From assembly GCF_009914755.1 (NCBI RefSeq), contig NC_060926.1: a stretch of DNA of 64,000 nt, one strand, 5' to 3'. The notes under the pieces were generated by a model that was not told the DNA's origin, searched no databases, and worked only from the letters and a program-made list of their open reading frames with translations. Below, piece after piece: positions 25,213-39,451 of this stretch; position 1 is the first letter of the stretch; each line of letters starts with the position of its first letter. The stretch comes from the human T2T-CHM13v2.0 reference genome, Homo sapiens. A program made the translations under genes and the position numbers.

Positions 25213-26029
25213 GAGATAAAACTTTTGTGATGTTGCTGGGGAAATTACCGGATAATTAATCTGCACCACCCTGCTCTCTCTTGCCAAAAGACCAATTGCT
25301 ACGCAAATCTGAGGGAGGTAGTGTGTTTACAGACAGATCGACCCTGGGATGTACTGCAAGTGACCGACATGACAGCTGCTTAATAAAGCACCTGCTCCAT
25401 TGCAGGTTAAATTAGGCTGATAATTGTTCATTGCTATTTCAGGGGCTATCTATCTATCTGAAAAAATCTGAACTAGAGTCTTGCCAAGGTTTGGAGTTTT
25501 TCCCAACAAAATCTGGAATAACTGGATATCAGCACAACCAAGTTGCCACTTACAGAGGTTGTAATTGCACAGCTACAGGTGGTAGCACCTGCTTCGTTTC
25601 CATTGTTTTCAAAACAGCTGTCTTGGTAATATGTTTTACTCTTCTGAAATGAGGTGAAAGAAACAGAAAAGAAAAGAAAAAGATGGGGGCTATTTTCTTG
25701 AGTTTATTTTCCTTGAGCTCTTTAGAAACTAAATCAAATGTAACTGGTCTGTAGCAGGCATTCTACTAGGAGAGAGTCTATGGGGGTTAAAGGATATTAA
25801 TGTTTTAAAAACCTAATGATTTTTGTCAAACACTTTCCATAAAGGTTGTTTAAGGATTGCATGGATGGGTGGATGAATAAATAAAATAAAGATGGCAGAT
25901 TTACTTTATTTGGGAAGGCAGCATGTTGGGATAGAAAATTCAAGGACTCATAATTGCTTTGTGACATGTCTAAAACTGGAATAATTCGGGGGAATTAGCA
26001 TAACCTCTGAAGAACAACATTGCATTTTT

Positions 26030-26950
<921 letters not shown>

Positions 26951-26989
26951 TGGGTTATTTTGATCCTTCTGGGAAACAATGTGGAAGCA

Positions 26990-27200
26990 GAAGTAGATCC
27001 TGATTTAGGCTTTACCGTATACGAATTGTGTGATATTTGGTAAATTATTTAATCTCTCTGAGCCTCAATTTATACCTGTAAAATGGGGACAATAGTATCC
27101 AACGTGCAGGGTAGCTGTAATGCTTAAATAAGACACTGTATTTAAGGAGCCTTGCAGAATTGCTGGCCTATGTTAGACAGCCAGTAAATAGTGCTTCTTA
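26990..27200 (+). mobile_element. MIR SINE
   Basis: AATCTCTCTGAGCCTCAATTT..CCTGTAAAATGGGGACAATAGTA. Confidence 0.8.
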
Positions 27201-28169
27201 TTACTCTGGGGTAACAGGTGATTACAAGCTGGCAGGAGTGTTTCCTTTTACTTTACCAATTAATCTTTTATTTTTTATTCCATACTCGACATTTTACAGA
27301 AAAAAGATGGTAAACTACAGTTAATTACATATATGTTTTCTGATTATTTTCAGTATAGAGACCTATATTTTTATATAAATACCATTAGTGAACACAATCA
27401 TTTATGTTCTATTAAACATTTTGATTCTCATTTAAGCATTTTGCATACAATTATATATATAATTTTTTTTCAATAGCTACATGTATGATGACAACAGCAG
27501 TACACCAAAATTTACTTATTCATTTCCCAATTTGGGGCTTCTTCTTCTTCTTCTTTTTTTTTTTTTAAAAAAAAAACTTGTATAAGTGGGATTGCTAGAA
27601 ACATCTCTGTACAAGTAGCTTTGTTTTCTTTGAAATATTTTCCTGGGCATATGCTACTCAAAGTGGGTTAGTATGTCAAAAGATAGATTGATTATTGTGC
27701 TCTTATTATATTCTTTTAGCCCTTCTTTAAGGAAGGGCTAAAGAGGCAATAGAGAACAAAAGCCTCCCTTTTAAGAATATAATCCAGCAGTTGCTAACAT
27801 CTCATTTGCTCCCTTTGGAATTTAGTAACATGGTCTTCATTAGCAGGAGTGGGGGCTGGGAAGGAGGATCTCTAGTGACTATGTGCTCAGTTAAAACCCA
27901 TGTTGAGATGGAGTGCAGAGAGTGTATTCTACCATGAAAAGCAGGACAGAATGGAGAAGGGAGTTTTTCCCATTATCTGCAACACTTTCTCTGTGAAGTT
28001 TTTCCTGTCATCCTTAGGCAGAAGTAGTTTCTCTCTCTGCTGGGTCCCATATTTATGGTAAATAATTTTTGCACATCCTTTTCTGTCTTGAGTCTGCTCT
28101 GCTTGAGGACAAGCATAGTGCTTCCTTCCTCTTGGAATTTACCATCTTATTTCATACTTTTATGGATAC

Positions 28170-29560
28170 TACATTCATTTTTCAGTATCAGACATTATCT
28201 AGCACGTTGACATCTCCCTTAGAAGGTGAAGTTCTAAGTCTGTTTCACCTTCTTCCCATAATACACACACCCATCTTATGTCTTCACCCACTCGATATAG
28301 TTATACAGTAATTTTATTTATGTCAACATTGTGTTGTGTTTAAATAATTATGACCATGTAAATCCTTGTTTATGTATTGAGCAAGCAATTATGACTAATG
28401 CTTGCTCATGTGCTGTAGTGTAATATAATAAAATTTCCCATCCTGTCCAGTATTTTGTTTTCCCTGGAGTTTATAGTTATGCTTGTTTTTAATAAATTAT
28501 TGTTAAGTATCTATGTAGTTATCACTGAATTCAATCCTAACTTTATCCAAATTGTACAAATATCCTTTTAAAATGTTTAAACACATTAAGCATAAATTAC
28601 ATCTTCTTGAAGAATACACGCCTTCTGATATGCTCTAAATGGGACTGTTTTCTAGGCCTGCCAAATAGCTATTATCTTCCCTTGCTATCCCTCAACTCTT
28701 TTTTGTATCGGTTCCCTTGTTTTTGAGGTCCCGTTTCCTGGTTTATTCCCTCCTCTCCCCCCGCCCTTTTTTTTGGTAGAACATACCCTCCAGAAGCTTC
28801 TTGAGAAAGGATTTATGAGAAGTAAGATTTGAGACCTTGTTGATCTGAAAAAAATATCTTTATTCTACTCTCATACTTAAATGAGAGTTTGGCTGGATAC
28901 ATAAAGTTGGAAATACTTTTCCTTCAGAATTTTAAAGGGATTACTTCATTGCCTTCTAGAATTTGGTGTTGCTCTCAAGAATTCAGATGCTGTTCTTCTT
29001 GAAGCTTCTCAACCATTTTGCTTTCATTTCTCTGGAATAGTCTAGGATCTTTTCTTTGTCCTCAGTGTTCTGAAATTTCATGACAATATACCTTGATATG
29101 AATCTGTTCTCTTCTGGGTAACTAGTAGGACTTTTCATTCTGAAAATTTATGTACTTCACTTGTTCAAATTGTTGTTGAATTATTATTTTGATTTTTTTC
29201 TTCTCAGTTTCCTTTTTGTTTCTCTTTGTAATTCCTATTATTTGGATTTTAGACTTCTTAGCCTGGTCCTCTGATTTTCTTACATCTGTCTTATTTTACT
29301 TCATATTTTATTTCTGCTCTAATTTCTGATTTTCAAATGTTTTATTGTTTTTTCCATTTCTGTTATCACATTTTAAATTTACTTAGAAATGAAAGGCTTA
29401 TTTAAAAATGTTATATGTGTTTTTTAAAGATTTTTTCCTTCTTGCAAAAATCTTTATTTTCTTCAACTTTCTTTTTATTCTGCTTGTTTGTTTCAGCCTC
29501 CTTTTTTCATATTATGGGCTGTCATGCCTGGTGACCCTTGGCTATTTGCTCATTTTAAAA
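28170..29560 (-). mobile_element. Old L1M fragment (5'/ORF1 region)
   Basis: GAGAGTTTGGCTGGATA..., TTTCCTTCAGAATTTTAAAGG, GTGTTCTGAAATTTCATGAC; boundaries approximate. Confidence 0.7.
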
Positions 29561-29573
29561 TTAAGGCCAGTAA

Positions 29574-29869
29574 GCCTGGGTGTGGTGGCTTAACGCCTGT
29601 AATCCCAGCACTTTGGGAGGCTGAGGCAGGCAGATCACTTGAGGTCAGGAGTTCAAGACCAGCCTAGCCAACATGGTGAATCCCTGTCTCTACTGAAAAC
29701 ACAAAGATTAGCCAGGTGTGGTGGTGGGCACCTGTAATCTCAGCTACTCGGGAGGCTGAAGTAGGAGAATCACTTGAGCCCTGGAGTCAGAGGTTGCAGT
29801 GAGCGGAGATCATGCCATCCACTCCAGCCTGGGTGACAGAGTGAGACTCTGTCGCACCAAAAAAAAAAA
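29574..29869 (+). mobile_element. AluSx/Sz, full length
   Basis: Dimeric Alu; TSD AAAATTAAGGCCAGTAA / AAGATTAGGGCCAGTAA. Confidence 0.96.
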
Positions 29870-30094
29870 GATTAGGGCCAGTAAAAACCTCTGTGTATGT
29901 GTGCAGGGCCTGTGGACTAGATGCAGAAACAAATGAGTTATATGGGTCAGAGCTGGGTAACACAACATGAGGGAGAAATAAACCTTTATTGTTGTAAGTC
30001 ACTGAGATTTGGGCATTCTTTCTAATGACAGCAAAACACAGCTGAGGAACACAAGGGTTCAAGACCCTTTTCTTTTATAAGAGTGGCCTCCAAA

Positions 30095-30500
30095 TATTTT
30101 TTAAAATCACCCTTTATTGAAGTATAACTGATATATAACAAGTTGCACTCATTTAAATTGTACCACTCCAGTTTTAATGGATGTGTGCACATGGGAAACC
30201 ACTTTCATAATCCAGATACAGAACGTTCCTATTACCCAAAACATTCCTCATGTCTCTTGCAATCTATTCTTTCTCTGTCTGTGGCCCTAGATCACCAATG
30301 ATCTACTTTTATTACTGTAGATGAGGTTCCATTTTTCACATAAATGGAATCATAGAGTATGTACTTTTTTGTATCATACTTCTTTTATTCAGCATAATGA
30401 TTTTGCGATTCACCCATGTTGTTGTGTGTATTAGTGATTCTTGGCTTTTTATTGCTGCATGTTCTTCTACCGTATGGATGTACCTCCAGATGTTTTTGTT
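30095..30500 (-). mobile_element. L1MC/L1ME 3' end
   Basis: CTTTATTGAAGTATAACTG...ATAAATGGAATCATAGAGTATGTAC...CAGCATAATGATTTTGCGATTCACCCATGTTGTTG. Confidence 0.8.
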
Positions 30501-32633
30501 TACTCTTCTATATTATTAAACTTTTTTGAGCATTCACCCCTCTACACATATATTTAGTGTATTAGTACTACAGTACTAATATATTTTATACATTATAAAA
30601 TGACACAAACATCTTTTGAAAAAATGAGATCAAAATAAATATAATTTATTTTTTTCTTACCTCCTAGTGCATCATCCTCATTAGTCCCTGGGTGTACATA
30701 CTTGGTGGCCATTATATTATGCCTCTGGATGTACATCTCCATTTGGATATAACTTATGATATCTCCAGAATGATTCATTATCTTTCCCCTAAATTCAACT
30801 TCTCCTGATAATCTGTGCATGAAATTAGTCTTTTCACTCAATCAGACAAGATTGGTAAGAATTACCTTCAACTATCTCTTTCTTACCCCTTATAAGCAAT
30901 GCCCAATCAAAAAATGTGTTCTGGATGCATCCAGTAGGTGGTCCATCACTACCTCTCTGTGTTCATGGTCTATTCATATTTACTGCTGCTTCTTGGATCA
31001 ACTCTGAACAGTTAATTGTCTTTTTCTAGGAAATCATTGCCTTTTGTTTCCAAATGTGGTGGCATAAGTTGTACATAATATTCCATTATAGTCCTTTAAT
31101 CTTTTCTAGAACTTGTGATTATGTCCTTTTCATATTTTCAATTTTATTGTTTTTCTCTTTTTCCCTTAATCAAGATTGATAGGGGTTTATCCATTCTATT
31201 AGTCTTTTCAAGAATCCAGTTTCTAAATTTATGTGGTTTTGTTTTCCATTTTACTAATTTCAGCTTTAATCCCCCCAAGGTATAGTTTAGATCATATCAT
31301 TCCTTCTTGGTAAGCTCTCAATGGCTCCCCGTGGTCCTCTGAATTAAGTACACACTCTTGAGACAGGTACTTTTGGCCTTAAGGAGATGTGTATTGAATG
31401 GAGTTCTTTCTCCATTGTCAGCGAAGGAGAGTTAGGGTTGTGTGGAGAAGAAAACCATGTCTGCAAACCAGCCCATAATCTGTTTAGCTGTGTTATACAA
31501 CACCTTTTATGTTTAACATCGGGGCAGATCCCTGACCTCTGGCAAGCCTGTGAAATAGTCCTTGCTTTCCCGAAAGTTGGGGATATAAATAATATTTATA
31601 TATAAGGTCTGCAATACTATAGGATCAGTTTCATGAGCTGTAATTAAATAGGACTCTTGCCATAAATTCTTTAGTTCTTGATGGCATGCAACAGCTGGCG
31701 ACCTTAGTTTTTAATAGTGTTTTCAGGGGAGGAGGAAAGAAAAAGAGAGGGTCATTAATATGGTCTAGCCTTTGAGACCTTTGTGAATATTTTGGTCTAG
31801 TATATACTCCCACCCACTAAGTGAAAGACATCTGTTCATTCTGTCTGCAGTAGTTGGTATTGGCATTGAAGGCAGCCTAAATGAATGGATCATCCCAGTC
31901 ATGGGCTACTCGTTTGATTGAGAGGCAGTATTTATCACTTTTGGTGGACTTAGTCAGCTGAGCTGACTTTTTCTTTTTTTCTTCCCAGAGTAACACCTCA
32001 AAAGCCAATATTACTGATTGATCTGATATCTCTTTTTTACTTCCTATGTGAAAAAAAAGATACCACCAGCTGTCATACTCAGGCTAGTGTGACTGGGGCC
32101 TCGTGGGCTTGTGGGTTTTCCTGAGCAGGTTGCATGAGAAGGCCATGGCTTGGTCTCTTCCTCAGTGGTGGTCACTCCCCACACTGAGTTACCAGGCTCA
32201 CTGTGGATTACTAGGCATGGCAGGTAACCAGTGGTCTAAGACATTGAGGAGATTTATTGACATAAATATGATGGAAAACAAGTATGAATTTATGTGTAAT
32301 TTTTACTTGAGGGTGTGGTAGATTGCTCCATGGTTATTTTGCAAGATATATGGGGAAAAGTGCCTAGCTAGCACAGAATATGGAGGCAAAATATTGTTTG
32401 TGTCGTTTCCAAATTTTAAAAGTTAAATATTTGTATTTGATTTGTTTCTGATCACAAAATTAATAAAGATTCAGTGTAGAAATTTCAAGTAAAAAAGATG
32501 AAAATAAAACTCATCCAAATTTCAGGGAATATCATTCAGTATTTTACTTATGTCCTTATGGTTATTTTTGTTCCTTGCTACATGTCTACTTAAGAAAACA
32601 CAGCTATATTAGATAAATTCTTTAGTAACATGC

Positions 32634-33136
32634 TGTGGCAGTTTAAAAAATGATTGCAAACTTGTTGACGCTCCTTTCATTGTTCTCTTGCCTTGTATTG
32701 GCAGGTTTGTGGTTTGCTTGTAATCAATAGAATGTGACCAAAGTGATTCTATGGGACTTCCCAGGGTAGGTCAAAAAATGTGATTCAGCTTCTGCCTTGT
32801 TCTTCCTAACACTTGTGGAGGAGCCTGGAGCCACCATTCAAGTTCAATTTCCTGAAGCAACCATGCTATAAGGAAGCTCAAGCTTTATGAAGAGGCCATG
32901 GGTAGGCACTGCAGTCAACAGCTCCAGACTAACTCCCAGATGACAGCCATCTGGGGTATTCAGCCCAGGAGGGCCTTTGATGACTGTAACCCCAGCTTTC
33001 ATCTTACTGTAATCACTTGAGGAACCCTGTGCAAGAACTGTCCAGCTGAGACCTTTTTAAACTTCTGACACATTTTTTAGAAAAACAAAATAGAGTAATT
33101 GGGGTAATTTGTTATGCAGCAATAGTAATCAGCACA
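32634..33136 (+). mobile_element. MLT1G-like solo LTR
   Basis: TGTGGCAG...GTAATTTGTTATGCAGCAATAG...CA; perfect 5-bp TSD CATGC at 32629-32633 and 33137-33141. Confidence 0.85.
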
Positions 33137-33529
33137 CATGCTGAAAGCCAACCAACCACCAACTTAGCAGCATATTATGAACTCTTCTTTCATGTCATTC
33201 CATTTCCTTCCACACCATTTTAATGGTTCATTGTATTTTATTGTATGGAAAAATATACCATTTTAAAACTAATTCCCTAGTGTTGAATATTACTTTGCCT
33301 CGTAGCTAAATATTTCAATGAATAACCTTATAGGGAAATCTTGGTGCATGCTTATTATTTATTTCTTAAGATAACTTCCTAAATTCAGAAAGTAGAAGGG
33401 TTGGAGTAATTATTTTTAGCACTTTTTACAAATAGTCTCAAATTATCTTATACCAGTAGTGTCCAATAGTGTCTTTGTACCTGTATGTGCACACACATGC
33501 ACACAGACAGCTGGAATATGGGAGACTGT

Positions 33530-33760
33530 GGGTTTTAGAGTCAGCAGGCTTGCAGGCTTGACTTCCAACTCATCTCCACAGTTTGCATGACCTTGAACAA
33601 ATTACTTAAGCTCTCTGGACCTCATTTTAATCTCCTGTAAACTGGAGAGAGTAATACTTACTTTAAAGGATTGCTATGAGAATTAGATAAGACCGTATTA
33701 AAGTGCCAAGCACAGAGTGGCCATTTAAAATGGTAACTATTGTTCTTATAATTAGCAGTT
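33530..33760 (+). mobile_element. MIR SINE
   Basis: TGACCTTGAACAAATTACTTAAGCTCTCTGGACCTC...CTGTAAACTGG. Confidence 0.8.
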
Positions 33761-36177
33761 GAGAGTGAAGTAATCATTCCCAGATTTCTTTTTCCTACTC
33801 TCTCATGCCTACTTGGTGACTCTGCTTTCCTTCTGGTATTTACTGTGGCTCTGGTCATCTTGGGCCTTGCAGGTAGCTGGTTGATGAATCCTGGGTGAGT
33901 GATAGCTGTCAAAAGTCAAAAGTGTTATTTCTGCCAACTGGTGAGTGCATTTTAAAAGGCAATTCTTGAAAGCAAAGGCATTTTGAAGGCCAATGGAGTG
34001 AGTCCCTGATGCTGGGGCTCCTGGCACCTTCCCTGCAGAGGGAGCAGATGTTCTTGGGAGGAAGACTTCTGTGTCATCGCACCTTTCAAACCACATGCCT
34101 CGGGCACTCCGCATTGTGAGACTGACCCTGTTCTCAGGCAACCTGTATGGGACAGCTGGTCTTCTAAATATGAGAGAAGTAAGAAAACCAAACAATGCAG
34201 ACAGTTCTTTCACATTAAGTTTTGAATTACTTTGGAGAGACACCACGTGGAGCTCTGGAAAGTGTGAAAGGAAAAGTGGTCACAGATGTGGGGCAGGACC
34301 TGGGTGGTGGCTCTGCAGGCACCCTCGAACATGTTTAGCTCGAACATGGGTAGCTGAGAAAGACTGATATTCACAAATGACTTCTGCAGATTATCAGCAG
34401 ATAAATGGGAATGAATGATGTGGTGAAGATCTGAACCATTTATATTTCTCTATTCCTTTGTTTACTTTCACTCATTCCAGAAAACTAGATAAATTGAGGG
34501 CTAAAAAGGGACAGAGTTTTTTCATCTTTAACTTTATTGACTCTTCTATATGGGAATCAGGCCTTGGCTGGGAAGGTGTTTACTTTTAGTAATTTGGATA
34601 GTCTTATTGTAAATATGCTGTTATATAGCAACCATAGAATCTTCTTTAGAGACAGGGACTAGGCAAGATTATTTTTAAACAATGTAAAATATTGACAATA
34701 TAAATTATTTTCATTTTGGATATTTCCTTTTAATCTTTGTCTACATATTCATGTTGTAAGGTCACAAATTTTCTCATAATATACTTAGCTGTGCAAAAAA
34801 TATAGCTTTTTGTTTATATAAAACCAACTTGATCTTCCTCATAAATCCCCATCTGTATCTTGGTAGTCAAGATACAGATCTTGATCTTTCCTGGAGAGAA
34901 ATGTTAACCACTAGATTTTTGCTAACTGGCAAATTTAGTCTATTGCAGTCATTTAATCAGTCTTTATAGAAGTTCAGATGCTTTAGATAAAATGGGCTGT
35001 GACTCACGCCCACCCTGCCCTGCTCCTCTCTTAAAAGGACTTGGGAATATAAGGTAGAAGGACCCGGGGGTCCTTGAATCTTTAGAGATTTCCGTGGGAT
35101 CCGTATTGGTCCCTGTTCTGAACTGTTGGTCTGGTGGCTTCCTGGGAGGGTGACTGCTGGGGTGGGACCAGTCCCATGATGGGTGTCAGCTGACAGCTGA
35201 GGCTGAGGCCTGCTGCTGGTGTCATCTGTAGTCTTGCTTGGGAAAGGCTGGAGGTTTCTCCCAGGGACTTGGCATCCCTTACCTCATCTCCTATTAGGCC
35301 CTTTGAGCCTGTGCCACATGCTCCATTTGCCCTGGCTGGGTCCTTCCACTTCATTCATCACCTGGGGTGTCCCCAGGCTGTCTCTCAGCTCAGTTGCCAA
35401 CTGTGTCTGCCCTGGAGACATGAAAGCACCTCTGGGTCCTATCCAAGCCATGCAGAATCCAGGGTGACCCATAAAAGCCTTTGTGTTCACAGCCCATTCT
35501 GCCCTGCAGTGTTTACTGGGATCGGCAGCCTCCAGTTGGGTGTAGGCCACATTTCTTCCAGAATCTAAAGACGAGGGGGCCAAAGCCTGCCTTCCCACCA
35601 GCCAACACGCATCCCCTCATCTTCTTATTGGGTAGGAACCTTCCTCAATTAAAACTATGATCTAGCTGGCGAGCCTCATCTTACATATTTTAACAAGGAC
35701 ACTTTGTTATTTAGACACTCCTCTCTCCTTCAACCAAGTCTTGCTTTCAAGACCAATGTTTTATGAAAGAAAAAAGAAAATTGGTTCTGAGACTCAAAGC
35801 TAATTAATTGCCTCTTTGTTCTGACTACATATTCCACTGCACTATTTACCTGCATACGTTCCCTGGGGCAATCACCCTATTGGTTTAGCCTGGAAGTCAA
35901 AGGCAGAAGCAGCCATGATCCAAAGTGGGAAATAGAAATTCATGGGTTTAACATTTGCAATATATTATCCCAGTAACAGAAACATTTATATTATTATATT
36001 CAGAGTACATATGATTCAGTAATATGTTTTTCATCACTATAATATGTACCCTTATACTCTAATAAATTTCCAAGTTTCCACGAAATCATTTAAAATTATA
36101 ATTTTTAGTGGTTATAAAATGTTTCATTAGTTTGACCTTTCATAATTTAATTACGTGTCTCTCTTGTTAGACATAGT

Positions 36178-36972
<795 letters not shown>

Positions 36973-38245
36973 GATATTGAAGTTGTTTCTAGGTTTGTGT
37001 TGTTGGTGATGGTAATGGAGGTTGTATTATCATAGATAAAACTGCTATGGATGTCTTCAGGTATATAGCATTTTACTTCTGTTTTAAAAGAATACTAAAA
37101 TTTAAAAGCAATGAAATAAGATTGTAGTTAACTATTTTTAACTTAAATGATTTATTTCTACTTTTTATTATTCACACATTTTCAATTGATACCATAAAGA
37201 GAAGTAGAATAGAGATGGTTCAGGGCTTGGAATCAAGTCATTAATAGATAGTAGGCTCAGAATGAAATAGACATTGTCTTGTAGATAATAAAGCATCATG
37301 GGCAAAATAAAATTTTAAGAACTGGGAAGTTTTGACTAAACTTTTTCTAAAGAGTTGTTTTGGGGATCATGTTGCCTTGGCATGTGTGGTAAAGTTTTTC
37401 CAGATATTTTTCCATGGAAGATAATTGGTAGTGTTTTCAACATGTTTTGAAGTTCAGACATTGCCAAAGACTTCCAAAAGAAAGAAACTTCTGTTTGATG
37501 AAGAGTAAGATCTGTATAATTTGAGACAAAGCAGTTCCTCAGTCCCAACCCCCTATCTATTCCTGACAAATGCACCCAGATCTCATTCAGGCTCAAGGCC
37601 TGAGTCTTATTGCATGCGTGTTTCTGTCTTGGTGTTTCCAATTGCATCCCAGCTACTTGGTTGTGCTTCTCTTGGTTTAGCCTCATGAATAGCTAGAATT
37701 CAGTTAGACTCTTGGTCCTCTGGGAAGGCCTGATAATTCCCAGCAAAGCTTGGTTATAAAGTTTTCCTGTGTCAGCCAGCTTTTCCAACTTGGAATCTTC
37801 AAGATCTACACTACAGCTCTACCATATTTCCATTGGTAAACCCTTCCTCTTCTCTGGTAGTTTTGGTACCATGATTAGTGACAGGGAGTTAACATTATTG
37901 TGCTTTTCTGGTGTTCCAGGCATTGTGTCACGGTTTTCAGACACAATTTACTTAACACTTTATCTTGGAAGCAGGCATTTTAATTCCCACTAACAATTGA
38001 GAAAATGGGGCTATGAGAAATTTAAAATATTGTCCAAGGGCTCCCAGTGAGTGAGTGACAAAACCAGGATTAAAACCTATATTTTCCAGGGGCACAAGAC
38101 TCTGTGCCCTTTCTAGTGCACCACAATTCCTCTAAAGAGAAAGAGGGACTTCTCTGAAATGGGCAAATGACCTAAAGCAATCTGGGTCATAACTGGGACT
38201 GGTTTGGAGCTAAGAATCACTAGGCAAATCAAAGTAAGTCAAGAG

Positions 38246-38567
38246 CAATGGATCTCAACTGGGTCGGTTTTGGTTCCCAGGGAACATGTGGCAAAACCTG
38301 GAGATGTATTTGGTTGTTACAACTGCGAGATGGGTGCTACTGACATACGGTGGGTAGAGACCAGGGATGCTGATAAAGATCCTACAATGCACACGTTGCT
38401 AATGTAAACAGAAGCAGACCAGAGATGGGTTGGAGTTTGGAATCAGTTCCTTTATAAATAGGCTCAGAATGAGAAGATTACTGTCCAATACACAATATAA
38501 TACAACAAAGCCTCCCACAACAAAGAGTTATCTAAAATGTTAATAGTGCCGAGGTTGGGAAACCCTA
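38246..38567 (+). mobile_element. MER20 (hAT-Charlie) with internal ~110-bp insertion
   Basis: CAATGGATCTCAAC...GGGTAGAGACCAGGGATGCTG..CCTACAATGCACA [insert] ...AATAGTGCCGAGGTTGGGAAACCCT; 8-bp TSD GTCAAGAG/GTCTAGAG. Confidence 0.88.
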
Positions 38568-38660
38568 GTCTAGAGGACTGGCATCTCATCTTGGCTTTTC
38601 CAAAGGGTTGTGAACCTGAATGTGTCACTTTGCTTCTCTCTACCTTGCTGTCTTCAACTC

Positions 38661-39070
38661 TGATGTGGTTTGGATGTTTGTTCCCTCCAAATCTCATGTT
38701 GAAATGGGATCCGTAATGGAGGTGGGGTCTGGTGGCAGATGTTTGGGTCATGGGGGTGGATCTCTCATGAATGGCTTGGTGCCCTGCCCATGGTAATAAG
38801 TGAGTTCTCACTGTGTTAGTTCTCATGAGAGCTGGTTGTTTAAAGGAGCTGGCTCCTCCTCCTTCCTCTTTTGCTCCTGCTCTTGCTATGGGACATGCCT
38901 GCTCCCTTTTCACCTTCCACCGTGTTTGGAAGCTCCCTGAAGTCTTCACCAGGAGCAGATGCTGGTGCCATGCTTGTGCAGCCTGCAGAACTGTGAGCCA
39001 ATTAAATCTTTTTTCTTTATAAATTACTCAGACTTAGGTATTCCTTTACAGTGATACAAATGGACTAACA
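38661..39070 (+). mobile_element. MSTB-like MaLR solo LTR
   Basis: TGATGTGGTTTGGATGTTTGTTCCCTCCAAATCTCATGTTGAAATG...CAGCCTGCAGAACTGTGAGCCAATTAAA...GGACTAACA. Confidence 0.92.
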
Positions 39071-39138
39071 AATTATGAAGTATGTTTGTAGAGATACATG
39101 AACTCTATGATTCTGGGGTTCATTAAAGAAGGTAACTA

Positions 39139-39451
39139 GGCCAGGCACGGTGGCTCACGCCTGTATTCCCAGCACCTTGGGAGGCTGAGGTGGGTGGATC
39201 ACCTGAGGTCAGGAGTTCAAGACCAGCCTGGCCAGTATGGCAAAACCCCGTCTCTACTAAAAATACAAATAACTGGGCGTAGTGGCAGGCACCTGTAATC
39301 CCAGCTACTTGGGAGGCTGAGGCAGGAGAATTACTTGAACCCACGAGGCAGAGGTTGCAGTGAGCCAAGGTCGCAAGGTCGCACCATTGCACTCCAGCCT
39401 GGGCAACAAGAGTGAGACTCCCTCTCACAAAAAAAAAAAAAAAAAAAAAAA
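39139..39451 (+). mobile_element. AluSq-like, full length
   Basis: GGCAACAAGAG diagnostic; TSD AAAGAAGGTAACTA at 39125-39138 and 39449-39462; internal 8-bp duplication CAAGGTCG. Confidence 0.96.

Noticed and set aside
38464-38949. 161-aa ORF
   Set aside because: Runs through the MSTB LTR and MER20 on the antisense strand
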